64,000 nt of DNA from Chrysomallon squamiferum (GCA_012295275.1 CM022667.1:22010001-22074000); one strand, 5' to 3'. Shown: positions 38,656-52,823, counted from the first letter of the stretch. The notes: generated from the letters alone by a model not told the origin. Made by a program: numbers and translations.

Positions 38656-38717
38656 ATGTACATAAAAATAATCAAACCCTATGAATATATGTACATAAAA
38701 ATAATCAAACCCTATGA
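38656..38717 (+). repeat. 33-bp tandem duplication
   Basis: ATGTACATAAAAATAATCAAACCCTATGA at 38656 and 38689. Confidence 0.9.
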
Positions 38718-41700
38718 CTAGTACAACATCCCATTCCGATTTCAATAACATGTTTTTAACGACTTCAATTACAATTACTTAGGCTAATTGTAATAAGATT
38801 AAAGATAGTCCAAGATAGGTCAGTCTACATTTCATTGTTTACGTAGCGCTGCTATATCCAGACGGTAATTATTCATATACAATATCACGCAGCATCCACG
38901 TTTTATTCAGTAAATAGATACCTAGATAGAGAACTACATCAATAACATATTCTCTCTGTGGTAACCAGTTTGAGTATTTAAACAAAGAGTGCCCACTATA
39001 ACCAGACGGTAATTAATCACACAGTATCATGCAGCATCCAAGTGGCTGTTTATCTCCTGCTCCCTGAATCGTAAAGGTTGCACTTGGACTAAATCAAATG
39101 GTTTCGGGTCAAGAGTTCGAGATGGAAAATCATAAGGAGTTACGGTGGTTATAGGTGACAGGGACGACTAAAGTTTGTGCAAAGCAAGCGGTATGACCCG
39201 GAAGTAAACAGGATTCGCGGAATGGGAAGATAACTCTAAATAATTACATTGCGGAACCGGCCCATTGTAAGGATATGTACTGTTTTTTTTTTAAAATACA
39301 GTTAAACGATAACTTTTAAAAATTTCAGCAAGTTGAATCAGTATTTAGTTATTTAACATTCAGCTAATTTAATTATAATAATGTAATGAGATTACTGATA
39401 GACTGAAGTATAAACAACAAAAATGTCATCACTTGTTTTCTTCATTTAGTGCACATGTACGAGAATTATCTCAGAATATAAAATATATTATGAGAATTAA
39501 CATAAAATGTGTATTTAATAACTGAATGGACATAGCAATAAATAATATGTTAACTCTTAAGTAATTAAGGCTGGTGTTTGAGTAAACTAAGTAAAAGAAG
39601 CAGTAGATGAACAAAACGAATTTAAAATGAAAGGCCATGTTCGTTGAAAAAAAAAATTATTTCTATGCACTGAAATGATTTTAATGAGCATTGTTAAGCA
39701 AATTATTGCAAAAAAAAAAAATAATAATAATTTTGTCATTTCTGTTTGTTCTGTGCATTTAACTCTTTTTTAATAGTTATTATCCTTTTTATTAGTTCAG
39801 AGCAGAAACACGTTAAAGCATTGATAAAACATTTTTATGTAAACCAGTTAAAGTAGATTTTTGTCTTTGGGTGTTCGCTTGAGAAATGTGTTTTCAAATG
39901 TGATCATGTCTGATTATGTGTTTATGTGTTTTAGTAAATTTGGTATCACTTAGTTTCCTTATTATTTATCTTTTACTCTCAGTAATTTCTGAATAATTTA
40001 CTTTCTTTCTCTTTACAGCTTGTACTTTTGGTTTTATTTAATCAGCTTTTGCTGATCATGAGGCACTCTCTTGTACAGTGAAGTGAAGCTGTGGAGTGTC
40101 ATCTACTGATAAAAATGAGTACAGAAATAAAAATAAAATTTCGTCTACGAATCAAAGAAATAACTGAAACTTCTACATTGTGGAATGATTTCAACATTAA
40201 ACTCTGTAAGTCAGTTATATATCCAAATAAATCACAAAAAAATAAAATCAAATACCACAAAAATATTTTCTTATTCGCTAACCAATCCTAATGTTGTATA
40301 ATGCCAATTTTGATATTCGTAGAATGTTTTCAGTGAAAGAAGCTGTCAAGATTATTTTATTAAATACACTTAGAATTTCGGACAGTTATAAGCAGAGAAC
40401 TCTAGATTAACATTATGTTCGCAAACATACTCTATTATTAAATAATCATGTTGACATCAAAACCCAGTATAAAGTTTTCACTAACATCTGTGGGAATGTG
40501 CTGAAAAAGGTTCTGGTTCGGACAAGTGCAGCTGCACACGGTTCCATTTGATGAACTAGGCGGTCAGTGAAGAGAATTTGAAATTTCGGCCTTGTTTTGA
40601 TAGCATTTGTTTAATTTGTTGCAGTCTTATGTAGTGTAATCTGTGTCATATATATATATATATACAGTTTAGTCACAATTTAAAATTTAACAATCCTTGT
40701 CATAATGTTCTAATGTTTATTTTATGCATTTCTGTTAACAAAATGAATGAGAAAATTGAGATTCTAAAATAAATAAATAAATATATAAATGTTTTAAAAA
40801 GAAAATGTTAAATTTCAAGCATCCTCAAGAAATACACGCTTCGACCAAGATGTTTTGTGCCCACAAATATTTTTCTCATAATTCATTTTACCTTCATATA
40901 TGCAGATGATAATATCAACATCGATGCTGTCATTATGATTATTATTGTATTTGCAGGGGCTATTACTATTACCATTGTTATTGTTTTTGTTGTTATTGAT
41001 ATATTTTATTTACTGAAATATGTTGTTTTTAACTTGATCGTCCAAACGAAGTTGACTGTTAAACTGATGGCAAGGCATCGGATAAACATCTCAATATCAG
41101 AAACTTAAATAATTAATTTACATGGATTTAAATACTTTTCTAAAAGAAAAAGTTAGACGGGAATGTATCACAGGCAGATTATAAATACTATATTATTATA
41201 TTTGATTTCATTATATGAATATAAAATTAAATTAAAATTATAGTTATTTTAACAATAATAAATTGAATCTTGTATTGGAAAACCTATGAGACAACGGAGC
41301 AATGACAAGTAACTATCTGGCAGCGAATAGCTCAAGAATGTAATAAGGGGATACTACAGCAGCAGTATGAAGATAATAAAGCTATTTAAAATAACTATTT
41401 CTTCCTTCTTTATATCTATCTATCTACCTACCTATATATATATGTAAGTATGTACAGTAATGTTCTGTAAACAGTCTCTCAACTTAAAATAAGTTTGACA
41501 TTGCCTATAAAATAAACATAGGACACAATTTTTTATAAATGTATTTTTTTCTATACAAATCACTTATAGTTAGTTATATTAGTAATAAACACCCGTAATT
41601 TTGTAATTGATTCCATTATTTAAACTAAATGCTCTCATTTAAACACACATAATATAACGATTAATGCAGACTCACAGACAAAAGGAGGAGTCGCAATTTC

Positions 41701-41859
41701 TTAAAATTTCTCACCTTAGTGGTTATAAATGAACTTAAATTTACTTAAAATAAATATTTACTAAATTATCCATTGTCACTCGTGAGGATCTATGTCACTT
41801 TCTTTTGACAACCTATACAGTAAGAGAAAAAAAAGAAGAAATAATACTGGGAAAAATAA

Positions 41860-41899
<40 letters not shown>

Positions 41900-42766
41900 T
41901 AACAACAATATAATAATGATGATGATGATAAGGTAAAATAAATAAATAAAAAAGCATAAATTATTTATAAGTTGGGAATCTAGATATTTTATTTTCAATT
42001 TTGCTTCATTGAAATTTAACTTTCAAATTATCTTTTATTTATTTGGTTAATTTATGTCATTAAATTTCATTATCTTTGGTTTTGTTTTCATTTAAATTTC
42101 AACTAGTTTTATTATTATTATTACATTTAACCTTCAAGTTTATTTACCAATACTATCGAATTTCGCATAGTATACAAAGAATGTTTTACCAGCGACTTCC
42201 ATAGACAGGAATTTGTGCAGAAAATGGACTAACAATCTTCAGTCAGATCCAGCCTTTTGATTTACATATATGAGAAAAGTTCCTCTAATTAAAAAAAAAA
42301 AAAAAAAATTAAATATTTTCTGAGAAGGTTGTTTTGACTAATTAAATAAAGAAGTCGGCTCCACTTTTTAAAAAACAATAAGTTCAATATATTGCTTTTA
42401 AAGTTTTTATTTGTAATAAATAAATAAATAAAAATAGAAAAAATAGAAATTCTATAAAACGTAAATCGTGCTTCTTCAGTTCTTGTTTACAAAATGTCTT
42501 ATTCTTAGCGCATTGTAAGATGAAGAAAAAGATGAAAACAAAGGAGATGAAATGCCTCAAATTAAATATTTTATAAGAGTGGATTACTTAAATCTGGTAA
42601 TTGTTAAAACACTTAACGAACGTTATGGATATTTCCGTAAGAGAATTGCTTATTCAAGTTATTGCAGGTTAATAAAAAGAAACCAAAAGTAACAACAAAT
42701 TTCCAACTAAAACAGCATTAACAAAGAAAAAGAAAAAACAAACAAAATGAATAAATAAATAAAGTA

Positions 42767-42880
42767 CAGGTACCGGACCAATTATCCGGCGTCCTGAAAT
42801 CCGGAACGACGCTATTTTCGTAGTTTGCGCGCGCGGCTGTTGTCCTACTATTCTTTCTACTGACCGGAACTACTAATTAG
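42767..42880 (+). mobile_element. Solo Tigger/mariner-like terminus
   Basis: TA|CAGGTACCGGACCAATTATCCGG...AATCCGGAA in a CpG-rich patch. No partner end was found. Confidence 0.45.
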
Positions 42881-43027
42881 GTTAGATAAATCAAATGGGA
42901 TTCTTAACCATTAAAATGAATATCTTAATTGATCTAGAATGCACAGGAGTCATTTTTTATGGCCACAGTTGGAAGAATTAATTTGAAAGGAGGACACTAG
43001 AATATAATAATAATAATAATAATAATA

Positions 43028-43062
<35 letters not shown>

Positions 43063-44087
43063 GTAACAATTAGAGTGTGCAGCATATATGTTTGTTTGAA
43101 TGTGTATCGGTGCGCGCGCGCTTGTGTTTGTGTGTGTGTAATGTCACACTCATCTATTTTTAAAAACCAAGTTTACTTTTCTTTAGAGCTCGTTATATTT
43201 CACCTGGAAATTTATATCAGTTGAAATAAAAGTGAAAAACTAACGTTTCCTGGAGATGAAGAAAAAACGACCAGATAAAAAAGAGGCCACGTCAAGAAAA
43301 TGCAAAAACATTAAATAAAGGGATAAATACTCTTTAGACAAAACTTTACACATTATTCATAGAAAATTTCGTTATCTTCAGTTTTTACCTGACGCAATAC
43401 AATAGCGAATTTGGACGAAATAAGTTTTTTTTATTTTTATTTTTTTAAATTATTATTCACTCTGTAAATTATAATTAATTACGATATAGAGTTGAAGTTC
43501 TTTTTTGACTACATTTGAAAATTAATTATATTTTATTAGAAGTATGTTATATAAAAAATGTGAAAGAAAAATGCACAATAAGACGAGAGAGAGAAATGCA
43601 AGTATCTTTGAGGAACGGAGGCAGGCCGGATTTAGAACTTAAAGACCACGGGTGATGTCACGCTCGTGGAGCCCCTCAACATAGAAATTAAATGACATGA
43701 AATGTAATTTAAAAAAATGAACTGAACCGAATGATAAACTGCTTACTTTCGAAAAAAAAAAAAAAAAAAAAAAGAAGAAGAAGAAAACGTATGATTTTAT
43801 TTTTCTCAGTTTATTGACTGTAAGAATAATTTTCAGTTTGTAACCTCAGCCAAAGTGATATTACATTACTGGCAAACCGAAATTAAGCCCATTACTGTTT
43901 CTTCTTTTTTTATTTATACTGCTGGATAAGAGATTAATTATATTAATTAACAGCCGAGCCAAAAAAGAACATTAAAGAAGTTTAGCTGGTCTCCATACTC
44001 GACTTCTGATCACAACGAAACAATAACAATGCATCGTGTATGTTAGAATTACGTTATAATAATTATATATATTGTGGGCTTATGCTA

Positions 44088-45480
44088 CTTTCATTATTAC
44101 AATTGTCCTTCCTATATTACACTTTGTTTCAATCAAAATTTGTTATGTTTTTATCAGCTGCAATCTTTCAGTTATCACAGAATAACAGCATACAGGTTTT
44201 TTCTTTGAAATGCACAAACGCCATGTTGAGGAATGGTGTAAATACTTGTTTATTTACTATACTGGCATTTCTTAAATAAGAGTTATTTCCCTTAGACCGT
44301 AACCTGTTTTTGGAGCCGTTTATTTTTATTACATAAAAATACAGATGAAAAAAATTACAAATATTGCAGAAATGTATTTGTTTATTAAGTTATAAATGTA
44401 GAAAAAATTATCAGAACACTGTGTGTGTGTGTGTGTGTGTGTGTCATTAGCTGTTAATTTTAATATTGTTTCTTGCTAGGTTTTGTGTAATTTTATTTTT
44501 GCACTGCTGTTAATGCACTTGAATACTTTTGGTTTCTATTTTATTAGCAGTTTTTCTTTATATCTTTTTATATATTAGATTTTTCTGAAAATATTTTAGA
44601 CATTTTTAAAGACTGTCATTTCACACTGAAATATTTTTCTTCTAATCATAAAAAAAATAAATAAATAAATAATAATAATAATAATAATAATAATCAATCA
44701 ATCCATCATTTTTGCATTATTTAAAAAATTTGCCTGATTATTAAATTTCAAGTCTTTTTTTCTTATTGTAGATGTGATAATTTTTATAATGAACCATGAT
44801 AAAAGTTTGTTAATATAATAATTTTTTTGTAATTTGTGAACATTATTATGTAAAATGTTTTTGTTGTAGTGAGAAAAAAAATACTACTACTTAGTAAATA
44901 CTTTTTAAAATCTAAATCTGCATTCACAAAAATTAGGTGTGTTTTTTCTTCAGATTAAGTCCTTTGTTGCATATTTAATCTTTATCTAGTTCTCTTCTAT
45001 TGTATTTTATTGATCTCACTGTTTACAGTGAAAGAAAAATATATTAAGAATAAAACCAAAACAAATTAACTAACCTGATATGGTTTAGTTAGCGTTTGTT
45101 AAATTTGATAACAAGTTAACTTTGATGCTGAGCATGTCATCTGTTTCTTTTGGGTTAATTTCATCTTGACAGTAGTAATTTATTTATTAATTTTGTTTGT
45201 TTGTTTGTTCATTAATATTATGAAAAATAAAATGAAAAATAAACAACAATTAATAATTCTATCTTTCATTATTACAACTGTCCTTTCTATATTACAGTTT
45301 GGTTCAGTCAGATGACTGTTCTACAAAATTTGTTATGTTTTTTATCAGCTGCAATCTTTCAATTATCACAGAATAAAAGCATAAAATTTTATTCTTCAAA
45401 ATGCACAAACACAGTGCAGAGGAATGGTATAAATACTTGATTATTTACTATACTGGCATGTATTTAACAAGAGTTATTCC
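44088..45480 (+). repeat. Diverged local direct duplication (about 44088-44290 vs 45264-45480, with weaker similarity continuing downstream)
   Basis: Both copies share TTTCATTATTACAA, AAAATTTGTTATGTTTTT, ATCAGCTGCAATCTTTCA, TTATCACAGAATAA, GAGGAATGGT and TATTTACTATACTGGCAT in the same order. Confidence 0.9.
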
Positions 45481-47297
45481 TGTTTTTTGTTATCTATTGT
45501 TTGGAGTGAATTTAAATTATTTAAATATAAAAAAAAAAAAAAATGTTTTGTTCATAAAAATAGAGATAAAAAGGTCAAATGTTGTAGAAATTAATTTATT
45601 AATTGATAAATGTAGAAAAAACTAAAAAGATGACAGGAATTTTTGTGTGCTTGTGTACACCTGTGTCCATAAATACAGTTAGAGATTTTATTTCTGTTTA
45701 ACTTTAATTATCATCATTGTGGTTATCTATTTTTATTTTTAATTATTTTTTCAGACTGAAATATCCTTGCCATCTTTGAAGATTCAAAAATTTAACTTTG
45801 TGTTTTATATTTAAATTCTTTATATGAATACTTTTTAAAGTTAATTCATTCTGTAGAAATGACAATCATTTTAATAAAAAATTATAATCATTTTAAAAAT
45901 ATTTTTCCATATAAAAAGTAATCATATTTTGTTTTAAATAAAACTGAAAGAACTACAATTGATAAAATGAATATTACCATTAAGATAGATTTTAAATTTT
46001 TTATTTAATATAAAATCTCTCCATTTCATTTAATCCAGCTGACTCATTGCAGCATCTCCTTTCGCATGATCTACTGGAAACTTTCTAACAAGTGGCATTG
46101 TTGTGTGGTCATTGAGCGTATTTTCCAAGAATGAATGACTCTCAGGTTTCACAAGGCCTGTCAAGTTAATAGCTCCAAGAAAATCTTATCAAATCTTTAT
46201 TAGGCTGATGAATTCACTCATTTAGCAAAACTGAAACTGATGGGGTTCAGCATGTTTGTGAATCATAAATGTTTGAATGTGAGACTGATGTGGTCAACCC
46301 ACTTGGAGAGTTTGTCATATAATTGAGATTCTCATCAGCGAGCAAGAATGATTCAGCCATTATCACAACAGTCAAGTAACTGGCCATCATTTAAATAATT
46401 AAACAAAACATAAAAATAAACATAAAATTTTCACTGAGCTCTCATTCACTACTTCATTATTGTTATTCAGTAATATGTACAGAAACTACTACAGGATTCT
46501 TCAAAATATGTTACATTTTTCTGTTTTTATTTTTATTTTCAAAGATAAAATAAATCTATTAAATTTGGTTTAACCATGTTTATATTTAAATTTATTAAAT
46601 AGTGATGTTGTTTTACATGCTGTACATTTTTTACCTTAAATTTTTGTTCTGCTCAGTTCCTTTTAAGGTAACATTTTATAAGAAATATTAAAATTATTTT
46701 ATTCACATAATTATATGGCAATATTACTTAATTCAAATTTATATATAAGCGTCATATTTTTGTGTTCTACTATCTTTAAAAAACTTGTTTGTTGATTGTA
46801 AGTATTTTATGTTATCTCTCTTACCCTACTTTAGGTTTTGAACCTTCCTAGCAAAGAAGAAAAATTCTTCTAATTTGCCATACTTAATGAAGGCAAATAG
46901 TTTAGCTGAATTGGAACATTGTGAAAATAAAGCATGTTTTTCCTTCTACTGGAGAAAGGTTAAATCAACATTTCATTATGTCTTTCATTTAAATATGAAT
47001 ATCTTGTGAAAACTGACAAAATTCTTAACACCACAGCAAGATAGATCAAATTACCTCTTCCCACATACACTGCGAGATCATCTTTACTCTGTAAACATGC
47101 TGTAGTTCTCCATCAGAAAGGAGACTGCTGATTTCCAAATTACATCTTCAACAAATAATGTTGTCTGCTTGTCTTTATTATTTTAACTATTTGTTGTTAT
47201 GTCATTATTATTACTAGAAGTGCTAGTATTGTGGTAGTAGTGAAAGAGGTTGTTAATTGTATTTTTCTTAAAATTGTTGATTTTTTTATATATATAT

Positions 47298-47299
<2 letters not shown>

Positions 47300-47340
<41 letters not shown>
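47300..47340. repeat. (AC)n microsatellite
   Basis: Direct reading. Confidence 0.97.
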
Positions 47341-47346
<6 letters not shown>

Positions 47347-47763
47347 GTGTAAGATATATATAAAACAAATTAAGAGCATTAATGAAAAAATTCACTGAAG
47401 AATTTAAAATACAAAAATAAATAGCATTTTTTAGCTGACCTTTCTAAAACAGTTCAGTAAACAAATAATGTAAACAGAAAATTCATGTTTTTATTTAGAA
47501 TGTGTTTTATATCAACACATACAACAGAACAATAAATACTATATAGTACATTCTGATTGTCCCAAACAGACAGCAAATATACACATTAAAACAGCACATA
47601 TGAACTTGTCTCTCACACACACACACACACACATCATCTATTAGTACTTTGTTATGAGGAGAAACCTGCTTTAATGAAAATCAGAAACATGTGAACACTG
47701 CCAGTGTTGTCCCATGTTTATAAATGTTCATATCAAAAATGTGTATGTTACATTTAAACAGCA

Positions 47764-47862
47764 AGTTTGTGAAAATATGTTAAAAAATCCAGTTTGTGAA
47801 AATATGTTAAAAAATACAGTTAGTGAAATATGTTAAAATATCCAGTTGGTGAAAATGCTAAA
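47764..47862 (+). repeat. Approximately 27-bp degenerate minisatellite, about 3.5 copies
   Basis: AGTTTGTGAAAATATGTTAAAAAATCC-like units. Confidence 0.85.
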
Positions 47863-48034
47863 ACCATCCAATGTATTGAATAAAAATTATAAATAATATA
47901 TATTTAAATGTATATAACTGCACATTAAAAACAAATGTGCCAATGCTTTAGAAACATGTATAAACCAATTGTTAAAAATGTATAAACAAGCATTATTCAT
48001 GTGTAAGCACAGTTAACATGTGGTAAAATGTGTG

Positions 48035-48128
48035 GTGATATTTACTGTGTAGTTAAATATGTAGTGATATTTACTGTGTAGTTAAATATGTAGTGATATT
48101 TACTGTGTAGTTAAATATGTAGTGATAT
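48035..48128 (+). repeat. 29-bp minisatellite, about 3.2 copies
   Basis: GTGATATTTACTGTGTAGTTAAATATGTA at 48035, 48064 and 48093. Confidence 0.95.
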
Positions 48129-51100
48129 ACAAATGTACATTACAACAGCAGCTGGTGTGACTCTACTATAAGATTTTTTTGATGAAATTTGTACACAAGC
48201 ACATAACAACAGCAAATATATTTAACATTTGAACTGAGGATGGAGATGACAGCAAATATAAAAATAGATAAATTTTGCTGTTTATCCCCTACATTTCTTT
48301 GATTCTATTTTTTTTTTTTTTTTTTTGCATCATAATATTAAAGTTTTTCTATAATGAAGAATTACCTGTAATAAGAGTAGGAAAGAATTATGATTTTTTT
48401 ATCTTACAGAAATTTAATTTTACTATTATGTTATTATTATTAATATTTTTCTAATTTTTATATTTCTTGTTTTGAAATACTTATTAAAATAAATACAGTT
48501 ATTAAAATATTTGAATCTTCAGGTATGTGGGATTAAAAAAAAAAGAGAAAAAAAGCATTAAAGAAAAAACATAGGCATGTAAAAAAAGCACACATGCATT
48601 CATGAACATGGTATAAAACAAAGCTCATACTAGTGTAGTTAACCAAACACTACTGACCTTACACAACTGCACAGACATTTAGTACATGTCAACCCAAAGT
48701 ATTTACTCTGATAACAAAACAGACTCACATATCAAGCCAATAATTTTAGGAGATATCAACTAATGTTTTTAGTAGTTGTTACATGTGACAGTTGTTTAAA
48801 TATTAAGCTAAATGAATAGTTCATTTACTCTGGTAAATATCTTCAGACAAAGGCTTGAAAATTGTCTGGCTTTATCTACTGATGATGATGAAGATAAGAA
48901 ATGATCAAGAAGGAGTCGATCATATAGCTTGCAAGAAGAATAGTTTATGTCATCCTTAAGAACTCAAAATATCAACATTACTAAAAAAATAATAATAATA
49001 ATAATTAAAAAAGTAAGTAGAAATAAATAGAATTGCCAGAACAATCATAAAAGCAAATTATTCATTCCATATTAATTATTACAAAATCGATAATTATTTT
49101 AATGTAATAAATTTTATGGACCACACCATATTATGTAGATGCATAAAATTACAATAATATTTTCTTGTTCTAATCACTTGAAGTACATGTACATCATTCA
49201 TCATCATGGACATTTGGAGCAGTGTATATTGTTATTACCAAATAGGTATATTCAGCTGAACAGAATTTAATGTAAGTAAGAAATATGTATATTTAATATG
49301 TTTTCATTCTCTCTAAAAAAAATAAAAAATAAAAATATTATTATTTATTTTTTTTTTTAAAGTTTATTGAGGAGTTAGTACATTTATAAAATCAGGAATT
49401 AAATGCCTGCCCAACCAAACATTGTTTGTTTTAATCAGTAACAAACTGGAAATTCTGTTAGCTATATTATCAATATGTCACAAAACAGAAAAATATATTC
49501 TCTGATCATAATGGGTTTTTTCTGGGGTTTATATTTTTTTTATAATTTTACACTCATTATAAATTAAAACAAAATTATTAAAGCAAACATTTTATTTAGC
49601 TAATTAATAATTTTAATAAATATCTTAAGGTGTAATTAAGAAAATAATAAAATCACATGATCTTTGTCATAGATATAAGAATTTTTCTTTTCGATTCTGA
49701 GGAATTAGAAAATAAAATTATATAATATTAAAAAAAAATGTTTTCTAACAAGCATCCAGTTGGTTTCTCAGAGACAGTGATAAATGTTTGTTTTTGTTTT
49801 ATTTTTATTTTTTTATGTTAGAGATTTCTTACTTGTAGTCAGTCAGAAAAACAGTGAGTCACACAGATTTTCTTTCTCATTATTTAAGTAACTATTTTGT
49901 TTGACAACTTTAACATGATGTCTTACAAAAAAGTCATAATTATTATTTTATCCTCCATGTTCAGTCTGATACCAGTCTAAGAAATTATTTGAGTTGACAA
50001 GAATGATTTTAGTTTACCATTCCCAAGAGAAGGGATGATATTTTGTCTTTCTCTATTTCCATTTCCATGCTTTCCAATCAGGTCATATGACCTTGTTTAT
50101 CTGAGAACACTGAATCAGATGCATGTTAATAACTGTAGCTGTGTGGTCTCTTAACACAGTCTTTGATCATGCTGCACTAATGTCCTGCACTGAACAGTTA
50201 TCTGATGAAAATTATTATAACACAAGCACTATCTTTATTAAAAACTATGTAATGTAACACTCTCTGAGATAAGAATGTGGGGAATAAGAACCTATAAATA
50301 TTATTTAAAAAAAGAGAAAGAAAAAAGTATGGATACATGTTTCAGGAAAAAAGGAAAACATTCTAATATTTTTATTTTGCAATCCATTATAATATTACCA
50401 TAATTTCTTTTTTCTAAATACACATACAGATTTGTATACCTACTACCTGATACCAGATATTAGATTTGATGATAATGTTATTATTATTACTATTATTATC
50501 ATCATCATCATCTGGATGTGCAATTTAACACATTAAATAAAATTTATCAGGAAAAAGTGAGACAAATCAAAAAGTTTCACATTTTCAACCTCAAATGAGA
50601 TTTTCTAAATAAAGATGGAATTTCTGTCCATGTTTTCTAAATTCTGATAACTTTCTTTGTTGGACAGATTTCTCACCACTTTTTTGTTAACTTTAGAAAA
50701 CATTTTACTATTTTCTTAATTTTTACCAAGTTCAGTTTAATTAATATTTGTTACAGTTTAATAACACTGAAGACCATTTATATATTTTCCAGTTTTGATT
50801 AACTTTTATAACTTTTTTCGTCTCATTCATTAACATGATTTCTTTATAAACTATTTATTTTTTTATTTTCTTGACACAGATTGTCAGAGATTGTGTAAGC
50901 CTGCAGAATTCCCTCACATGCAACTGTGAACATCTTTCATGTATCAGTTTTCTGATAACACATCTTATTAAAACAACTACCATCTTCACTTCTTTGTCAC
51001 TGTTTCCAGTTCAAAGTTACACATCATCTTTTGTCTCAAACCCCAAACATGACAGTATTCAGTGCATGTTGCACTGAAAACCACTCTGATGTGAGTTTGG

Positions 51101-51358
51101 CATATTTTTAATATTCAGAAAGAACAATGTGGTTTTCCTTGTTGACATCTGCTGCCACATACAGTCACTTCATATCAAAGTTCTGATGGACCGTTTATAT
51201 TACACATTTATTTAATACATATTTTATTTAGATATTGCAAAAACTCTCAGTCCATGGAGTTCAAGATAACATCTTAATTTAACTTTCTTCTTCATTTTCT
51301 GTCAGAGCTGTGTACTGTTAACTATTAAGTCATTTTTTTTGTTGATTTTTCACAAATG

Positions 51359-51633
51359 CTACAGATTTACAGGCAATGAAACTTTTTCTGTTCCCTGGCT
51401 GTATGTGACACTGGTGCTGTTGTTAGAACGGTTGGACTTGCCTGACTTGCTGCTGGTTGGGGTATATGATCTTTGCTGCGTCTGCTGTGTGGTGTACTGG
51501 GTATTCATTGTGAATGGATCCTTGATGTAAGCTGAATACACTGAACCATGTGGAGTTGGGTAAACTGGCTGCATTGGATAGTATCCTTGGTGATTGTAGG
51601 CATGATTGTTGAATGGACCTCCTGTCCGCTGTC
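51359..51633 (-). CDS. Same membrane protein, terminal exon (Tyr/Pro/Gln-rich cytoplasmic tail)
   Basis: TTCAG acceptor, phase 1 joins the TM exon. Encodes GQRTGGPFNNHAYNHQGYYPMQPVYPTPHG...EKVSLPVNL then stop. The upstream ectodomain exons were not located in this window. Confidence 0.85.
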
Positions 51634-52430
51634 CTGAATTAATCAAATTTAGACAAATGTGAAATAAGAACATTTTGGAAGACCTAAAAGTAAAAGTGTG
51701 GTCAGAAAGACAAAACAAAATAATGTTAAAAGTTTCATAATACAATAAATATGTTTTAAAAATACTATAAAATAAAAATGCCATCAGACTAAAATCAAAA
51801 ATAATTTTTAAATATGTATAATAATCATTTGTTTCCTATAGTGATTTACAGTTCTTCAGTAAAATCCACTTGAAAATCTAACATATTTACTATAAGTAAT
51901 GTAATGGAAGATCAGTAATTTTCTTTATTTGTCATGAAACAAAATCCAGCAAAGCAGAAAAAGCAACAATCACACCTTTAATGTTTCCACTAAACAGCTT
52001 TCATTTGGGACTGTTTTTCAACAAAGCACCTTGAATTATCAGCTTAGGTTTCACAAATCTTAGATATGAGAATTATGTTCTGATTTTACATTGATACTGA
52101 TTTGGATTTGAATAAATTAGTTAAAAAATTAAAAATAGTTCACTGAAAGATACCTTTATGTTACATCAATAGCTAAATTAATTATCTAGGTATTTCTAAA
52201 ACTCCAAAAACAAACCTGTTGCTGTCTGCAACTTACAATGAGTTTTTGAAAGTAATATCTTACATCACTTTAATGTACTTTCCAGATCAGTCACACCAGA
52301 TCAGTAAAAAAACCCAGAAAAACAGTAAAGCAACAAATACAACAGAAATGATTTTTTTGTTCTTATTCACACTGGATAAACACCCCAGTCTTTGATGTCA
52401 CTACTGAACAAAACTTCTTTTCAATTATTA

Positions 52431-52467
<37 letters not shown>

Positions 52468-52823
52468 TTAATGATGCATACGAATGTAAAGATATGCTAC
52501 AGAAAATGTAAACATTTAAAGCAAAATATAAATCTCCTAAAATATGCAAATAACCATGGAATTAACAAGAGTCCTAGAACAATAAAAATAAAAATGTTTA
52601 AAGAATTAACTTTATCAGTCTATAGCTATCTAATCAAACTGTTTTAAAACTCTGGGAAGATGTAGAACTACAGGACTGTGCTATGGCTGGGATATAAGTG
52701 TTGTTATCAAAAGACACACAAATGGATCTAGTAAGCTGCAAGGATCCCATAAGCATATAGTCAGCGTGTTTTAAAACAGAAGGGAAAAAATAAAATAACA
52801 CAAAGGTGCCTTTCTTTGATTAC

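Noticed and set aside
40857-41108. Hydrophobic TM-like ORF
   Set aside because: Derived from a degenerate ATT/GTT triplet tract, with no splice or start context.
43620-43680. CAGGCCGGATTTAG, resembling a hAT-type MITE end
   Set aside because: No partner terminus or TSD was found; too short to call.
47764-48128. 27-29 bp repeats as a possible CRISPR-like array
   Set aside because: The units are head-to-tail with no unique spacers, there are no cas genes, and the context is eukaryotic.
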